The notes under the pieces are model-generated. The model did no database searches. It saw only the letters and a list, made by a program, of their open reading frames with translations, and was not told where the DNA came from. DNA of 62,369 nt, filler included. It is 8 parts of 8 records of this genome, joined end to end, with 100 filler letters (N's around TTAATTAATTAA, not from the genome) between each part and the next. Parts side by side here need not be neighbours in the genome. Positions count along the whole stretch, not along the records: positions 47,280 to 53,281 come from SRR31156797_19353; positions 53,382 to 62,369 come from SRR31156797_19371; 6 more parts are not named here. The stretch is one strand, 5' to 3'. This document shows, piece by piece, positions 51,212 to 61,304 of the stretch (its first letter is position 1; each line of letters opens with the position of its first letter). Made by a program: the position numbers and the translations under genes.

Positions 51212-52659
51212 TGGAAATACTAGAATACTTTTATATATTTACACATGTTTTACTAATCATGTCTTTAGGTTGGTATTTAATTACAAACTTACAATGGTAC
51301 AACTATAAGTTAGAAAGAGTAGTTTTAAAACATCACAAGTGGCAATGGCACATTACATACTTTGTCTCTCCAATTGTACTGTTTCATTTATTACCAGATC
51401 TATATTTTTCTATTTATTTTTATTTAATTTATATGACAAGTTTTGTTCTTTGGAATAAAAAACTTGATAGGTCTTTGGTTTTAACTTCAAGAGTAAAAAG
51501 ATTTTTAGCGGTACTATTGTTTATAACTTTTTCACTTCATTTACTTTGTATTTTAAGTGAATCTTGCCATGCAACGGCTATTTTTGTTCCTATTATTTTA
51601 ACTCTTGCAGTTACATATTTAATGGAAAAAATGTTTTTTATTACATTTAAAAACAAAGGTAAACAAAGATTACAAGCTATTCCACAACTAAGAACTATAG
51701 CTATTACTGCATCATATGGGAAAACTTCTATTAAAAACTATTTATACCATGTTTTAAAAAGAAAATATAAAGTATATAAAACTCCAAGGTCAGTAAATAC
51801 AATTGCTGGAATAGTTCTAGATGTAAATAGAGACTTACCACTTGATACCCAAATATATATTGCAGAAGCTGGTGCTAGACAAGAGGGTGATATAGAAGAA
51901 ATTACTATGTATTTAGAACCTCAATATTGTATTTTAGGAAGTGTTGGTGAGCAACATATAGAATACTTTAAAACTATAGAAAATATTATCCATACAAAAA
52001 TGGAGATACTAAAATCACCAAAGATGGTAAGAGGTTTTGTGCATGAATCAGTTCCTTTAAAACAAGATTATGCAGAGATTACAAAATTTCCTGATAATCT
52101 AAATGTCACTATGTCAAACCTTGATGGTATATGGTTTGATATTTTAATTGATGGGGAACAACAACATTTCCATGCTCCAGTTCTTGGAAGCTTTAATGCT
52201 ATAAATCTTACGGCAGTTATTTTAGTAGCTTATGAACTTGGGATGACTATTGATGAAATCAAACTTGCAATAAAAGATTTACCACAAGTAGAGCATAGAC
52301 TTCAAAAAATAGAAGCAGGTGGAAAGATTATCATTGATGATAGTTTTAATGGAAACCTAGAAGGTATGCTTGAAGCTATAAATATTTGTTCAAAACATGA
52401 AGGAAGAAAAGTTATTATTACTCCAGGATTAGTTGAATCAACTTCTGAAGCAAATATCTTACTTGCAAAAGAGATAAATGAGAAGTTTGATTTAGCAATA
52501 GTTACGGGTGAATTAAACTCACACTTACTTAGTTCTAATATTGATGAAGACAAAGTATTTGTATTAAAAGATAAATCAAAACTAGAAGATACTTTAGCAT
52601 CAGTTACAAAAGAGGGTGACTTAATCCTTTTTGCAAATGATGCACCAAACTTTATATAA
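51211..52659 (+). CDS. murF: Mur ligase (MurF, Campylobacterota type with N-terminal TM helices)
   Basis: ITASYGKTS, S.NT, E.GAR, HRL, IDDSFNGN; in the ddl operon. Confidence 0.85.
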   Translation: MEILEYFYIFTHVLLIMSLGWYLITNLQWYNYKLERVVLKHHKWQWHITYFVSPIVLFHLLPDLYFSIYFYLIYMTSFVLWNKKLDRSLVLTSRVKRFLAVLLFITFSLHLLCILSESCHATAIFVPIILTLAVTYLMEKMFFITFKNKGKQRLQAIPQLRTIAITASYGKTSIKNYLYHVLKRKYKVYKTPRSVNTIAGIVLDVNRDLPLDTQIYIAEAGARQEGDIEEITMYLEPQYCILGSVGEQHIEYFKTIENIIHTKMEILKSPKMVRGFVHESVPLKQDYAEITKFPDNLNVTMSNLDGIWFDILIDGEQQHFHAPVLGSFNAINLTAVILVAYELGMTIDEIKLAIKDLPQVEHRLQKIEAGGKIIIDDSFNGNLEGMLEAINICSKHEGRKVIITPGLVESTSEANILLAKEINEKFDLAIVTGELNSHLLSSNIDEDKVFVLKDKSKLEDTLASVTKEGDLILFANDAPNFI

Positions 52660-52668
52660 AAAGAAACA

Positions 52669-52701
52669 GTCCCTTAAAAACTGGGACAGTTTTTAAGGAG
52701 A
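52669..52701 (+). promoter_or_regulatory. SD-sequestering hairpin upstream of the HIT gene
   Basis: CCTTAAAAACTG-GGA-CAGTTTTTAAGG, perfect 12-bp stem overlapping AAGGAGA. Confidence 0.6.
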
Positions 52702-52707
52702 AATATA

Positions 52708-53196
52708 ATGGAACACCTATATGCACCTTGGCGATACTCTTATGTTAGTGAAGAAAAAATAGAAGGGTGTGTATTCTGCCATATAGCAAAAAACAAAGAA
52801 GAAGAGAAATATCAAGTTCTTTTTCATGATGAGCTTTGTTATGTAGTTATGAATAAGTTTCCTTACTCTCCTGGTCACATGATGGTGATTCCATATTTTC
52901 ATACTGACAAAATAGAAGAGTTAGAAGAAGAAACATGGCTAAGAGTTTCTAAAAGAGCAAGACAAGCAGTGAAACTACTAAAAGAAGTTATGCCTTGCGA
53001 AGGTGTGAATATTGGCATGAATCTTGGTAAAGCTGCTGGTGCTGGTATAGAACAACATGTACACTATCATGTACTTCCTAGATGGATAGGTGATACAAAC
53101 TTTATCTCAACTGTTGGGGGAGCAAGAGTTTATCCTGCTGAGTTTGATGAGATATATAATAAGCTAAAAGAAAATGCTTTAAAATATTTTGAATAA
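52708..53196 (+). CDS. HIT-family hydrolase (Ap4A hydrolase/phosphorylase-like)
   Basis: APWR, CVFC, N.FPY..GH, AGAG..HVHYH.LPRW.GD. Confidence 0.93.
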   Translation: MEHLYAPWRYSYVSEEKIEGCVFCHIAKNKEEEKYQVLFHDELCYVVMNKFPYSPGHMMVIPYFHTDKIEELEEETWLRVSKRARQAVKLLKEVMPCEGVNIGMNLGKAAGAGIEQHVHYHVLPRWIGDTNFISTVGGARVYPAEFDEIYNKLKENALKYFE

Positions 53197-53281
53197 AAGA
53201 AAGAAAAAAGCCATCTTTTATTCAATCTCTGCGTTAAATCTTAAAATTTAATCAGTCATTTACTACAGTAAACTTCTTCAT

Positions 53282-53381
53282 NNNNNNNNNNNNNNNNNNN
53301 NNNNNNNNNNNNNNNNNNNNNNNNNTTAATTAATTAANNNNNNNNNNNNNNNNNNNNNNNNNNNNNNNNNNNNNNNNNNNN
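53282..53381. other. Artificial contig spacer
   Basis: N run with TTAATTAATTAA. Confidence 0.99.
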
Positions 53382-54061
53382 GGTGTAACCGTCATATAAT
53401 TTTCATAGAAATATCTATCGTCTACCTTATTTGAAGTATTGAATAAAGCATCTCTGTATGCATTTATTTGATACTTTATTTCTTCTCCGGGTAAATCGCT
53501 GTAATCTCCCCGATATACTACCATACCTATAGGCACCACTTTTATTCCCTTTATATCGCTTCTAGGTATATTTACGTTTAACATCGTATATTTTGGCATT
53601 TTGCACTTAAGTGCGATATCCAATGCTTTATCCAGATATTTATCAAAGTCATCTCCTGCTCCTAATTCACCAAAATCACCGTTTGTAGATAATGCCATAG
53701 TAGGAAATCCCAATACTGCTCCATCCATAGCTCCCCCAACCGTACCTGAATACAATGTATCTGTTCCCAGATTTGGTCCGATATTGATGCCAGAGATTAC
53801 CAAGTCAGGCATATTACCATTTGAACATTTTGACAGTCCCAGCTTCAGACAGTCAACAGGAGTACCATCAACTGCATATGTGTGGTCATTAATCTTTTCT
53901 ACAACTAAGTGCGAATGAATAGTTAAGGAGGATGACGCACCGCTCTTCTCGCTCTTTGGTGCTACTATATATGTGTCGTGTCCTTTTTTTACAAGATAAT
54001 TGTACAGATACTGTATGCCTTTTGCAAAGTATCCGTCGTCATTAATTAACATTATTCTCAT
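53382..54061 (-). CDS. surE: 5'/3'-nucleotidase SurE (3' end truncated)
   Basis: NDDG, SG, GTPVDC, SGINIGPNLG...YSGTVG; start ATG 54061 after GGAG. Confidence 0.93.
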
Positions 54062-54074
54062 TATATTCTCCAAT

Positions 54075-54962
54075 TTAATTTTTATTTACATCATCTTCAT
54101 CAACAATCAATCTCGCCTGCACTACAAATCTGCCGTCATGTATGTCATTTGTACATGTTGACAGAGTAAGTATTTTATCATCAGGAGAAATCACTGTATC
54201 GTTAGCATAGATACTTCTAGATATACATTCTTGCATCAATTTCACAAATTCTTCATCAGTCTCAAAATAGGTCTGAATATAGTAGAATTCCGTATTTGTT
54301 ATAAACACATTTATCAATTCCCATTGATACTCATGATACAAAGTATCAAAGTTTATTATCGAATTGTTTTTTCTGTAATATCTATTCTTGTATTTGTCCA
54401 GATTTCCAAACATAGAACCGTCATTCATATTATGACCGTAGATAACAGTATGGCTGTCAAGCTCATGAATGTAGTTTCTTGTATCAAGGAATATAGAGCC
54501 TTCCACAGCGGGAGTTCTGTCAGGAGCTAGATCCATATAGCAATGAGGATCGTTAATATTTTTGCTCTGCACAACAGGATAATCAACATTTGTTCCTTCT
54601 ATTTTTAACCACCCAACCAAATCAGGGTATGTGGTTAAGTATTTGGTGAACTTATCCAAAACTGTATAATCCTCTGTAGTCGTTTCCGACTCAGAATACA
54701 TAGCATTATCTGCATTATCTGCATTTATATCCGGTGTTGATGTGGGTACAGCAGTCTGCTGCATTATCTCAACATTGTTTTTTGACCTTATGCTCTTGCT
54801 CATCAAAACAAATACACCAACTATCAGTAATACAACCATCAAGGAAATTATTGAAATTTGAATTATTTCCTTTTTCTTGGCAGGTGTGTATTGATAAATA
54901 GACGAATCCATGATATAAGTTTCGGACTCATTGCCATCATTGTTTTTCTTAAAAAATCCCAT
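54075..54962 (-). CDS. srtB: Class B sortase
   Basis: N-terminal TM; GWL.I.GT.VDYPVVQ, YGHNM..GSMF, TLSTC, GRFVV. Confidence 0.92.
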   Translation of the reverse strand: MGFFKKNNDGNESETYIMDSSIYQYTPAKKKEIIQISIISLMVVLLIVGVFVLMSKSIRSKNNVEIMQQTAVPTSTPDINADNADNAMYSESETTTEDYTVLDKFTKYLTTYPDLVGWLKIEGTNVDYPVVQSKNINDPHCYMDLAPDRTPAVEGSIFLDTRNYIHELDSHTVIYGHNMNDGSMFGNLDKYKNRYYRKNNSIINFDTLYHEYQWELINVFITNTEFYYIQTYFETDEEFVKLMQECISRSIYANDTVISPDDKILTLSTCTNDIHDGRFVVQARLIVDEDDVNKN

Positions 54963-55143
54963 CTCTCTTCCTACCTACATATTAAAAATTATTATATTAT
55001 AGTATAAACCATTATAGAGCATTATAAAAGATTTTCCTTCAAAATTCACAATTAATAAGTCGATATGTATGTTTTATGCGTCAGCTGGTTACATTTACTG
55101 GATATTTATGGTATGCTCTAATAAATATAAAAGAGGTGGTAAA

Positions 55144-55788
55144 ATGAAATATTCACAATACAGTGTAGGAGATACGGTTGAAATTGAGAATACAAAATAT
55201 ACCTTGGCAGAGGATAGAATAGCAAAAGGCAAGGACAAGAAAAAAGCGCTGACATTAGTCACAGTTTTGTCAATTGCAATGATGGTTGGTTTGTTCTTAA
55301 TTGAAATCTTCATTCTCGGATTACTGGGAATCAACGGTGATATAAAACTGTCATTAGGTAAACTTATGCAGACCTTAGGCATATTTGTAGTGGCGTTCCT
55401 TGCGTTCATAGTAGTACACGAACTGCTCCACTATGCTGCATACAGATTCCTGGGCGGTACTCCAAAGGATAAGCTGATATTCGGCTTTATCGTCAAGCAG
55501 GGTATGGCATACTGCGTATCAAAGGTGCCAAATACGGTAAAAGCCTCCAGACTATCACTGATGATGCCGATATACGTAATAATAATCCCTATGTTTATTT
55601 TAACGATTGCTCTTGGAAACGAATACCTTGCAATGCTTACAGCTGCATTTTTCAGCGGCAGTGCAGGCGATTTGTGGTACATGTGGACGCTCCGCAAGAC
55701 TGACAAAGACCTGTACATGATTGAGGAAGAGCCAGAGGGCAAAAATTATGAGCTTGGGTATTATGTGTTCCAGAAGCAGGAAGATTAA
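55144..55788 (+). CDS. DUF3267-like membrane zinc metallopeptidase
   Basis: TM helices, HELLH (HExxH), AYC, GSAGD; start ATG 55144 after GAGGTG. Confidence 0.8.
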   Translation: MKYSQYSVGDTVEIENTKYTLAEDRIAKGKDKKKALTLVTVLSIAMMVGLFLIEIFILGLLGINGDIKLSLGKLMQTLGIFVVAFLAFIVVHELLHYAAYRFLGGTPKDKLIFGFIVKQGMAYCVSKVPNTVKASRLSLMMPIYVIIIPMFILTIALGNEYLAMLTAAFFSGSAGDLWYMWTLRKTDKDLYMIEEEPEGKNYELGYYVFQKQED

Positions 55789-58013
55789 TCTGGGAATACT
55801 CTGTTGCAGGCAGTAATAATTTCATTATCAAAGCAGCGTATAAAGTCCAGACGAAACGAATTGATATTAGCACCTTTTAATGCATCAATACTGTTTATTT
55901 TATCATAACTCTTTGAATAGATATGATTGCAGCAGTTTTCGTCGCATACAATTGGGTAAATATTCCCCTTAATATCTTCAAGTGCATAATCATTCTTTTT
56001 GCATTTGACGCAAGCATCATGACCAATTGTACAGTGCTTGATAATCATCAGCTGTATTCTACCATAGATAATATATTCTACATTAGGATATTTACCATAG
56101 TTTTTGCAGAATGTATCAGTAATCTTTTTCACTCCCTGCATTGATACTTCCGGTGATAGTGTCACCCAATGAATACCATATTTATATAAACTCTTAAGCG
56201 TATATGAATTACGAGCATTGAGATAATAATCACCGTTTACTGTATTATCCTTTGTCTGCAACAGACTGGCTGTATTCCCAATCAGCAGTCTCTCATCGGT
56301 AAAGTCTTTCTTTGCATTTACACTATCTACAGCATAATAAATCCGCTTATCATCTTTTAAACTAGTATAATCATTGAAATCTATAATATAAATCCTGTCA
56401 AAAGGGTAGTCTTTCACAATATTATATTGCCTGATACTTTCTATTTTACAGCTATAAGATAAAGGCTTAGTGTCATTTACAGTATAACTATTCTTATTCG
56501 TCTGCTTTCTTCTGCTAATAATCTTTGTTCTTAAAGCGTTCAGAGCTTCCACAGCATTTCGCCTTGCCTGATTCAGCACAGACTTAGGGATAAACGTGTT
56601 ATCATCGATTTGGATAACCACGTCATTTGCAATGTATGGAGTGTTTCCCAGTTTAGACAAACTTTCTATTATTTGCTCTTTTTTTAGGGGTTTATTCCTG
56701 CTTTTCTCAGTCTCTCCATGATAAATTGTTGCTGTATTACCGTCTTTATCTGATATAGATATTTCAATAGGTTTGCCGATTCTGATGACTGCACTCAAAT
56801 CTATGGAAATTCTCTTTTCACTGTAATTATCCAGACTCTTAAGCAGTGCACTGTCCTTTGTCAGAAGTAGTATATCGCCAGTGGATGTTTTTGCCTTATT
56901 ATCAAGCTCAATTATATCTCCTGCTTTACCCGAATTAACCAGCTTTGAATTTTTGTAAATTTTGTTACAGACAAATCCTGTATCGCTATTTTGAAATTTA
57001 ATGCCGTCACCTTGATTAAGAGTATCGCTTAACTTTATCCTTATTTTATTTTTATTCACACCTATTACTTCGCCAACTGGAACACCCTGATGATTAGGGC
57101 GGTCTATACTCATCAAATCTTTACTTACGCCATTTAGATAACCTTTTGTATAACCTCTGTTAAAAAGCCTTGAAAGAGTATCAAAATCAATTGAGCTTAG
57201 CTCTGGCTTATTACCATCATAATAATCATCCAATAGCCTGCGGTACATTCTGGTCACATATCCCACGTACTGAGGGCTTTTCATTCTGCCTTCTATCTTT
57301 AGAGAAGCGGCATTCGCATCTATCAACTGCACTATATCTCCTCCCATACATATATCCTTTGGGCTTAAAAGATATTTATAATCACCTGCAGGAATATTAT
57401 CCTTTAGCAGTCTGTACTTCATACGACAATTCTGTGCACACTTACCCTCATTACCACTCCTATTAAGAGTCATTGATGAAAAAAGGCACTGTCCAGAGTA
57501 GCTTATGCACAGTGCACCATGAATAAATACCTCTGTATCTATTATCTTCGATGTATCTCTGATGATGTCTATACCGCTCTCACGAGCCAATACTATTCGC
57601 TCTACGCCAATTGATTTGAGAAGCAATGCATTGTCTTTACCTGTATTATTCATCTGAGTAGAAGCGTGAATTGGTACATCATATCTTGCCCTTACTTCGT
57701 CAATCATGCCTAAATCCTGCATAATCAATGCATCTGCACCTAAGGACACTATTTTTTCAATATATTCGAGAAATTTATATGTGTTTTCTTGTGAAATGAG
57801 AGTGTTTACAGTTACATAAACCTTTACACCATATAAATGAGCATAATTTATTGCCTTTCCAAGCTCATCAATTGCGAAATTTCCTGCATATGCACGAGCA
57901 CCGAAATCACTGCCGCCCAGATAAACAGCATCTGCACCACCCATGACAGCCTGTTTCAGAGCATCATAATTACCAGCAGGAGATAATAATTCAATTCTCT
58001 TCTCTTTATCCAT
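55785..58013 (-). CDS. U32 family protein with DUF3656-like domain (RlhA-like RNA hydroxylation protein)
   Basis: ELLSPAG, HASTQM, HGALCISYSGQC, CAQNCR, SLKIEGRMK, L.KLGNTPY. Confidence 0.9.
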   Translation of the reverse strand: MDKEKRIELLSPAGNYDALKQAVMGGADAVYLGGSDFGARAYAGNFAIDELGKAINYAHLYGVKVYVTVNTLISQENTYKFLEYIEKIVSLGADALIMQDLGMIDEVRARYDVPIHASTQMNNTGKDNALLLKSIGVERIVLARESGIDIIRDTSKIIDTEVFIHGALCISYSGQCLFSSMTLNRSGNEGKCAQNCRMKYRLLKDNIPAGDYKYLLSPKDICMGGDIVQLIDANAASLKIEGRMKSPQYVGYVTRMYRRLLDDYYDGNKPELSSIDFDTLSRLFNRGYTKGYLNGVSKDLMSIDRPNHQGVPVGEVIGVNKNKIRIKLSDTLNQGDGIKFQNSDTGFVCNKIYKNSKLVNSGKAGDIIELDNKAKTSTGDILLLTKDSALLKSLDNYSEKRISIDLSAVIRIGKPIEISISDKDGNTATIYHGETEKSRNKPLKKEQIIESLSKLGNTPYIANDVVIQIDDNTFIPKSVLNQARRNAVEALNALRTKIISRRKQTNKNSYTVNDTKPLSYSCKIESIRQYNIVKDYPFDRIYIIDFNDYTSLKDDKRIYYAVDSVNAKKDFTDERLLIGNTASLLQTKDNTVNGDYYLNARNSYTLKSLYKYGIHWVTLSPEVSMQGVKKITDTFCKNYGKYPNVEYIIYGRIQLMIIKHCTIGHDACVKCKKNDYALEDIKGNIYPIVCDENCCNHIYSKSYDKINSIDALKGANINSFRLDFIRCFDNEIITACNRVFPD

Positions 58014-58230
58014 AGAGGTATTATACTCTGTAATTTTTTTATTGTAAATTGTTCTGATTTGACTTTAAGTAGTAAATAAATATTATTTTACTCTTTTCAA
58101 TAATAAGAAATGGGTAGATAGTATAACGAATAAATAAGTATTTAGTTTTTCTCGTTAGTACTAGACCCTGTAAAAGGGGTTTCGCCCCATTAGAATCCCA
58201 TCATTGATAATACAGCATTATGCAATATAC

Positions 58231-58256
58231 AAAAAGGACAACCAAAAGGTTGTCCT
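58231..58256 (-). terminator. Intrinsic terminator of the SH3 protein gene
   Basis: AGGACAACC-TTTT-GGTTGTCCT followed by a T tract on the minus strand. Confidence 0.75.
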
Positions 58257-58289
58257 AATTATTTTTAAGTTATATTCAGATGTAATGTG

Positions 58290-59408
58290 CTATTTCTGTA
58301 CTTTTGTTCTGTAAGCACCTTCACCGAATGTTACCGTAACAGTACCTATTGAAGCACCGCTTTCAACATCTGCTGTTAATGTGTGGACAGTATATGCACT
58401 AATTGAATCTGCTGAAGCGTTATATGCATTAACTGTAACTTTAATTGTATCACCAGCGCTCAAACTCGCTGTTGCAGTTAATGGTACAGATACTGTAGCT
58501 GAACCAGCTGAGTGTGAAACACTTCCTGCACTTGCACTACCTGTGATTGAGCAGTTAGATGCAGTAATATTTCCTGTGCCTTCATACTCAATATCACCTA
58601 GTGATACTGTTTCTGAACCTTCTGCTTCTTTACCATCACCTTGGTATACAGAATCATCTACGAAGGAAAGTTTAATACTCTCCGTACCGCTTGAATAAGT
58701 AATTGTCAGTGTTACACTAGAACATGGTGCAGTATTACCTGAAATAGCAGTAATTGTACCGCCTGTACAGGAGAAGTCACTCTTTGCAATAGCCGCTGAC
58801 AGACCTGAGTCACCATAAACACCTGCTTTAAATGTCAGTTTAACTACTACCTGAGTATCTGTTTGACTTGATATAGATGAAGCTGTGATATAGTCATCTT
58901 TAGTGGCTGTAGGTGCTGCTGGCAATGCTGCTCCTCCACGAACACAGTATGCTGCCCATACCCATCCGTAACCGCCGTTGTATTCAATCTTTAACCATTT
59001 TGATGTTTCATCAACAACAACCAATACTTCCTCACGTCTAACCTTGCCTAATTCAGTAGAGTCCAGAGATGCATCTGAACGAACCTTCAGTGAGTTAGCC
59101 CAAACAGTAGCACTTGCATATACTGGTGCTGGTGTATTATAAACTGTTGGTGTTGGTTCTGCTGTTGCAGTTGCTTCTGCTGTCGCAGTTGCCTCTGGTG
59201 TTGGCGACGGTGATGGAGTTGGTGTTGTGTTTGGTGTTGCAGATACCATTGATGTTGGTGTTACATCTGATTCACTATTACCTAACGTCTTGTCCGAATC
59301 GCCTGCAAATTGCAGCCATATAAAGATACAAATTACTGCAACGATTAATGTTCCAAGAACTGCTATTATAATTGGGAAGCCGCCTCCCCTAGACATTCCT
59401 CTGCTCAT
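58290..59408 (-). CDS. Membrane-anchored SH3b-domain protein with Pro/Thr linker and Ig-like C-terminal region
   Basis: N-terminal TM; TPTPSPSPTP linker; LKVRS...W.KI.Y.G..GWV SH3b motif; Ser/Thr-rich beta region. Confidence 0.8.
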   Translation of the reverse strand: MSRGMSRGGGFPIIIAVLGTLIVAVICIFIWLQFAGDSDKTLGNSESDVTPTSMVSATPNTTPTPSPSPTPEATATAEATATAEPTPTVYNTPAPVYASATVWANSLKVRSDASLDSTELGKVRREEVLVVVDETSKWLKIEYNGGYGWVWAAYCVRGGAALPAAPTATKDDYITASSISSQTDTQVVVKLTFKAGVYGDSGLSAAIAKSDFSCTGGTITAISGNTAPCSSVTLTITYSSGTESIKLSFVDDSVYQGDGKEAEGSETVSLGDIEYEGTGNITASNCSITGSASAGSVSHSAGSATVSVPLTATASLSAGDTIKVTVNAYNASADSISAYTVHTLTADVESGASIGTVTVTFGEGAYRTKVQK

Positions 59409-59590
59409 TTTATTACCTTACCTTCCTTGACTTAAATCTTTCATTATTCCTCAAATTAAGTAGAATATACCCAAATTTCATACATAACATTATAACACAA
59501 TAAATCAACAAATCAATACCAAATGTAACAGATTTGTAATTATATTAAAACTAAATTTGTGTTAATTATAGAAAATATTGATATATTACA

Positions 59591-60244
59591 TTATTTATTG
59601 TTCTTTATTTCTCCAAGTCGGAAACTTAATGCCATTAACGAGTCTGTCAGATGAATATTCTCCACCAACACTTTTTCACTAAATACATCGTTAGGAGTGA
59701 AGTTCCATACACCGCCGATATTGTTACTCTCGGCAATCATCATCAAAGCATGTACAGCAGCACTTGGCACAGCCAGAGCCATAATATCAACATGATTATT
59801 CTGCAGGTATTCATCCAGTTCATCAGTATGATGTATTTTTACTCCGCCAATTGAATTACCTATAATATCAGAATTATTGTCAAAAAGCGCAGACAGCTTG
59901 AAGCCCTCTTTTTCAAATTCAGTATATTTTGACAGTGCTCTTCCAATATTACCAGCACCTACTATTATCATATTCCAGCCTTTGTCTATGCATAATATCT
60001 GCGCAATACGCTCTTTCAATTCTCCTACCGGATAGCCGTATCCCTGCTGACCAAATCCGCCGAAGCTATTTAGATCCTGACGAATCTGGCTTGCCTTAAT
60101 CTCAAGTGAATCACCTAATTTCTTTGAACTTATCCTGACTATGCCCTTTTCCTCTAGTTCGCATAGCTGTCTATAGTATTGAGGCAATCTCCTTACTACA
60201 GCGTCTGATATTTTCTTTACAGTGTTCGTATTCTCTGTAGTCAT
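59591..60244 (-). CDS. rex: Redox-sensing transcriptional repressor Rex
   Basis: RRLPQY, ISS, QIRQDL..FG.FGQQGYGY, VGAGNIG, WNF; start ATG 60244 after GGGAGG. Confidence 0.96.
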   Translation of the reverse strand: MTTENTNTVKKISDAVVRRLPQYYRQLCELEEKGIVRISSKKLGDSLEIKASQIRQDLNSFGGFGQQGYGYPVGELKERIAQILCIDKGWNMIIVGAGNIGRALSKYTEFEKEGFKLSALFDNNSDIIGNSIGGVKIHHTDELDEYLQNNHVDIMALAVPSAAVHALMMIAESNNIGGVWNFTPNDVFSEKVLVENIHLTDSLMALSFRLGEIKNNK

Positions 60245-60255
60245 GTTTCCTCCCG

Positions 60256-61086
60256 TTATACTATCTCTATCCGTGTACATCTGACCTTGCCATCAACAAT
60301 ATCGCTTATCTTGTGTCTGGCATGACCTATCAATACTCTCGTTCCTCTTAGTGCAGTAGGCAGTACATACTGCAGCTTTGCAAATGCTCCGCCTGCACCT
60401 CGCCTTGATGCACCAATGCATTTTTTCTGCAATGCACTTACTTTCTCTATCAGACCATCAGCACTTTGGGCTGTAATCTCCTCTACTATTGTAGACGGAT
60501 CACCTGCTTTTTCGTATATACCATCTACACTTGTTAGTATCAGCAAAGTCTCTGCCTCAACCAAATCACATATTACTGATGCTGTCTCATCGTTGTCAAT
60601 ACACTCAAAGACTTTCTCAGCACCATTGCCATTTTTTAGCAGGGATAATTCCATTCGCCTGTTTTCATCATAGCTGACTGGATCATTATAGTTAATAATT
60701 GGTATCGCATTTTGCTGCGGACATCTGGTAATTATCTTTTTTATGTGCTCAATTTTTATTTCATCATTGAAGTGGGTATGCTCAACCAGAAGCTGACGAA
60801 CAGAATACTTAGGGTTAATATACCTTCTGTAGTTTTCCATCAGTATAGACTGCCCCTGAGCAGCATAGTCCGCCTTTACCAAATCAGTCTCACCAAAGAG
60901 TTCTTTACCGTTGCGATTGATATAATCCAGTCTTCCTATTTCAGTAGCTCCTGATGATACCCATACCATACCAGGAACCAATTCCTTGCCTAATCTGGAA
61001 AATATATTATAATCTATATCATTGTCGTGGGGTCTGATTAGAGCCATTGACCCTATTTTGCCCACTAATTTTATCTTATCCGCCAA
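60256..61086 (-). CDS. Amino-acid-kinase family protein, glutamate 5-kinase-like, without a PUA domain
   Basis: KIGS, VSSGA, AAQGQ, PIINYND, DND, LTSVDG, GG..K; TTG start. Confidence 0.82.
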   Translation of the reverse strand: MADKIKLVGKIGSMALIRPHDNDIDYNIFSRLGKELVPGMVWVSSGATEIGRLDYINRNGKELFGETDLVKADYAAQGQSILMENYRRYINPKYSVRQLLVEHTHFNDEIKIEHIKKIITRCPQQNAIPIINYNDPVSYDENRRMELSLLKNGNGAEKVFECIDNDETASVICDLVEAETLLILTSVDGIYEKAGDPSTIVEEITAQSADGLIEKVSALQKKCIGASRRGAGGAFAKLQYVLPTALRGTRVLIGHARHKISDIVDGKVRCTRIEIV

Positions 61087-61304
61087 GTCCTGCTACTCCT
61101 TTTGTATTATGCATAAAATAAGCCAATACCATAGTCATTATATCAAAATAAACAAGTAATGGCAATTATATCGTTAAAATAATAACACAGTCGTATTTCG
61201 AAAAAATTATTTTATAAATTATTTATCATATTATTTATCACACGTGTGACATTTTAGCAAAATATGATATAATATAAATACATAATGAAAGGAATGGAAA
61301 GATT

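Noticed and set aside
48759-53196. ruvA-ddl-hydrolase-murF-HIT gene order as a novel system
   Set aside because: Housekeeping arrangement typical of Campylobacterota; only the intergenic hairpins are notable
59409-59590. Rex operator near rex
   Set aside because: Only half-site-like AT-rich matches; no TTGTGAA-N4-TTCACAA palindrome
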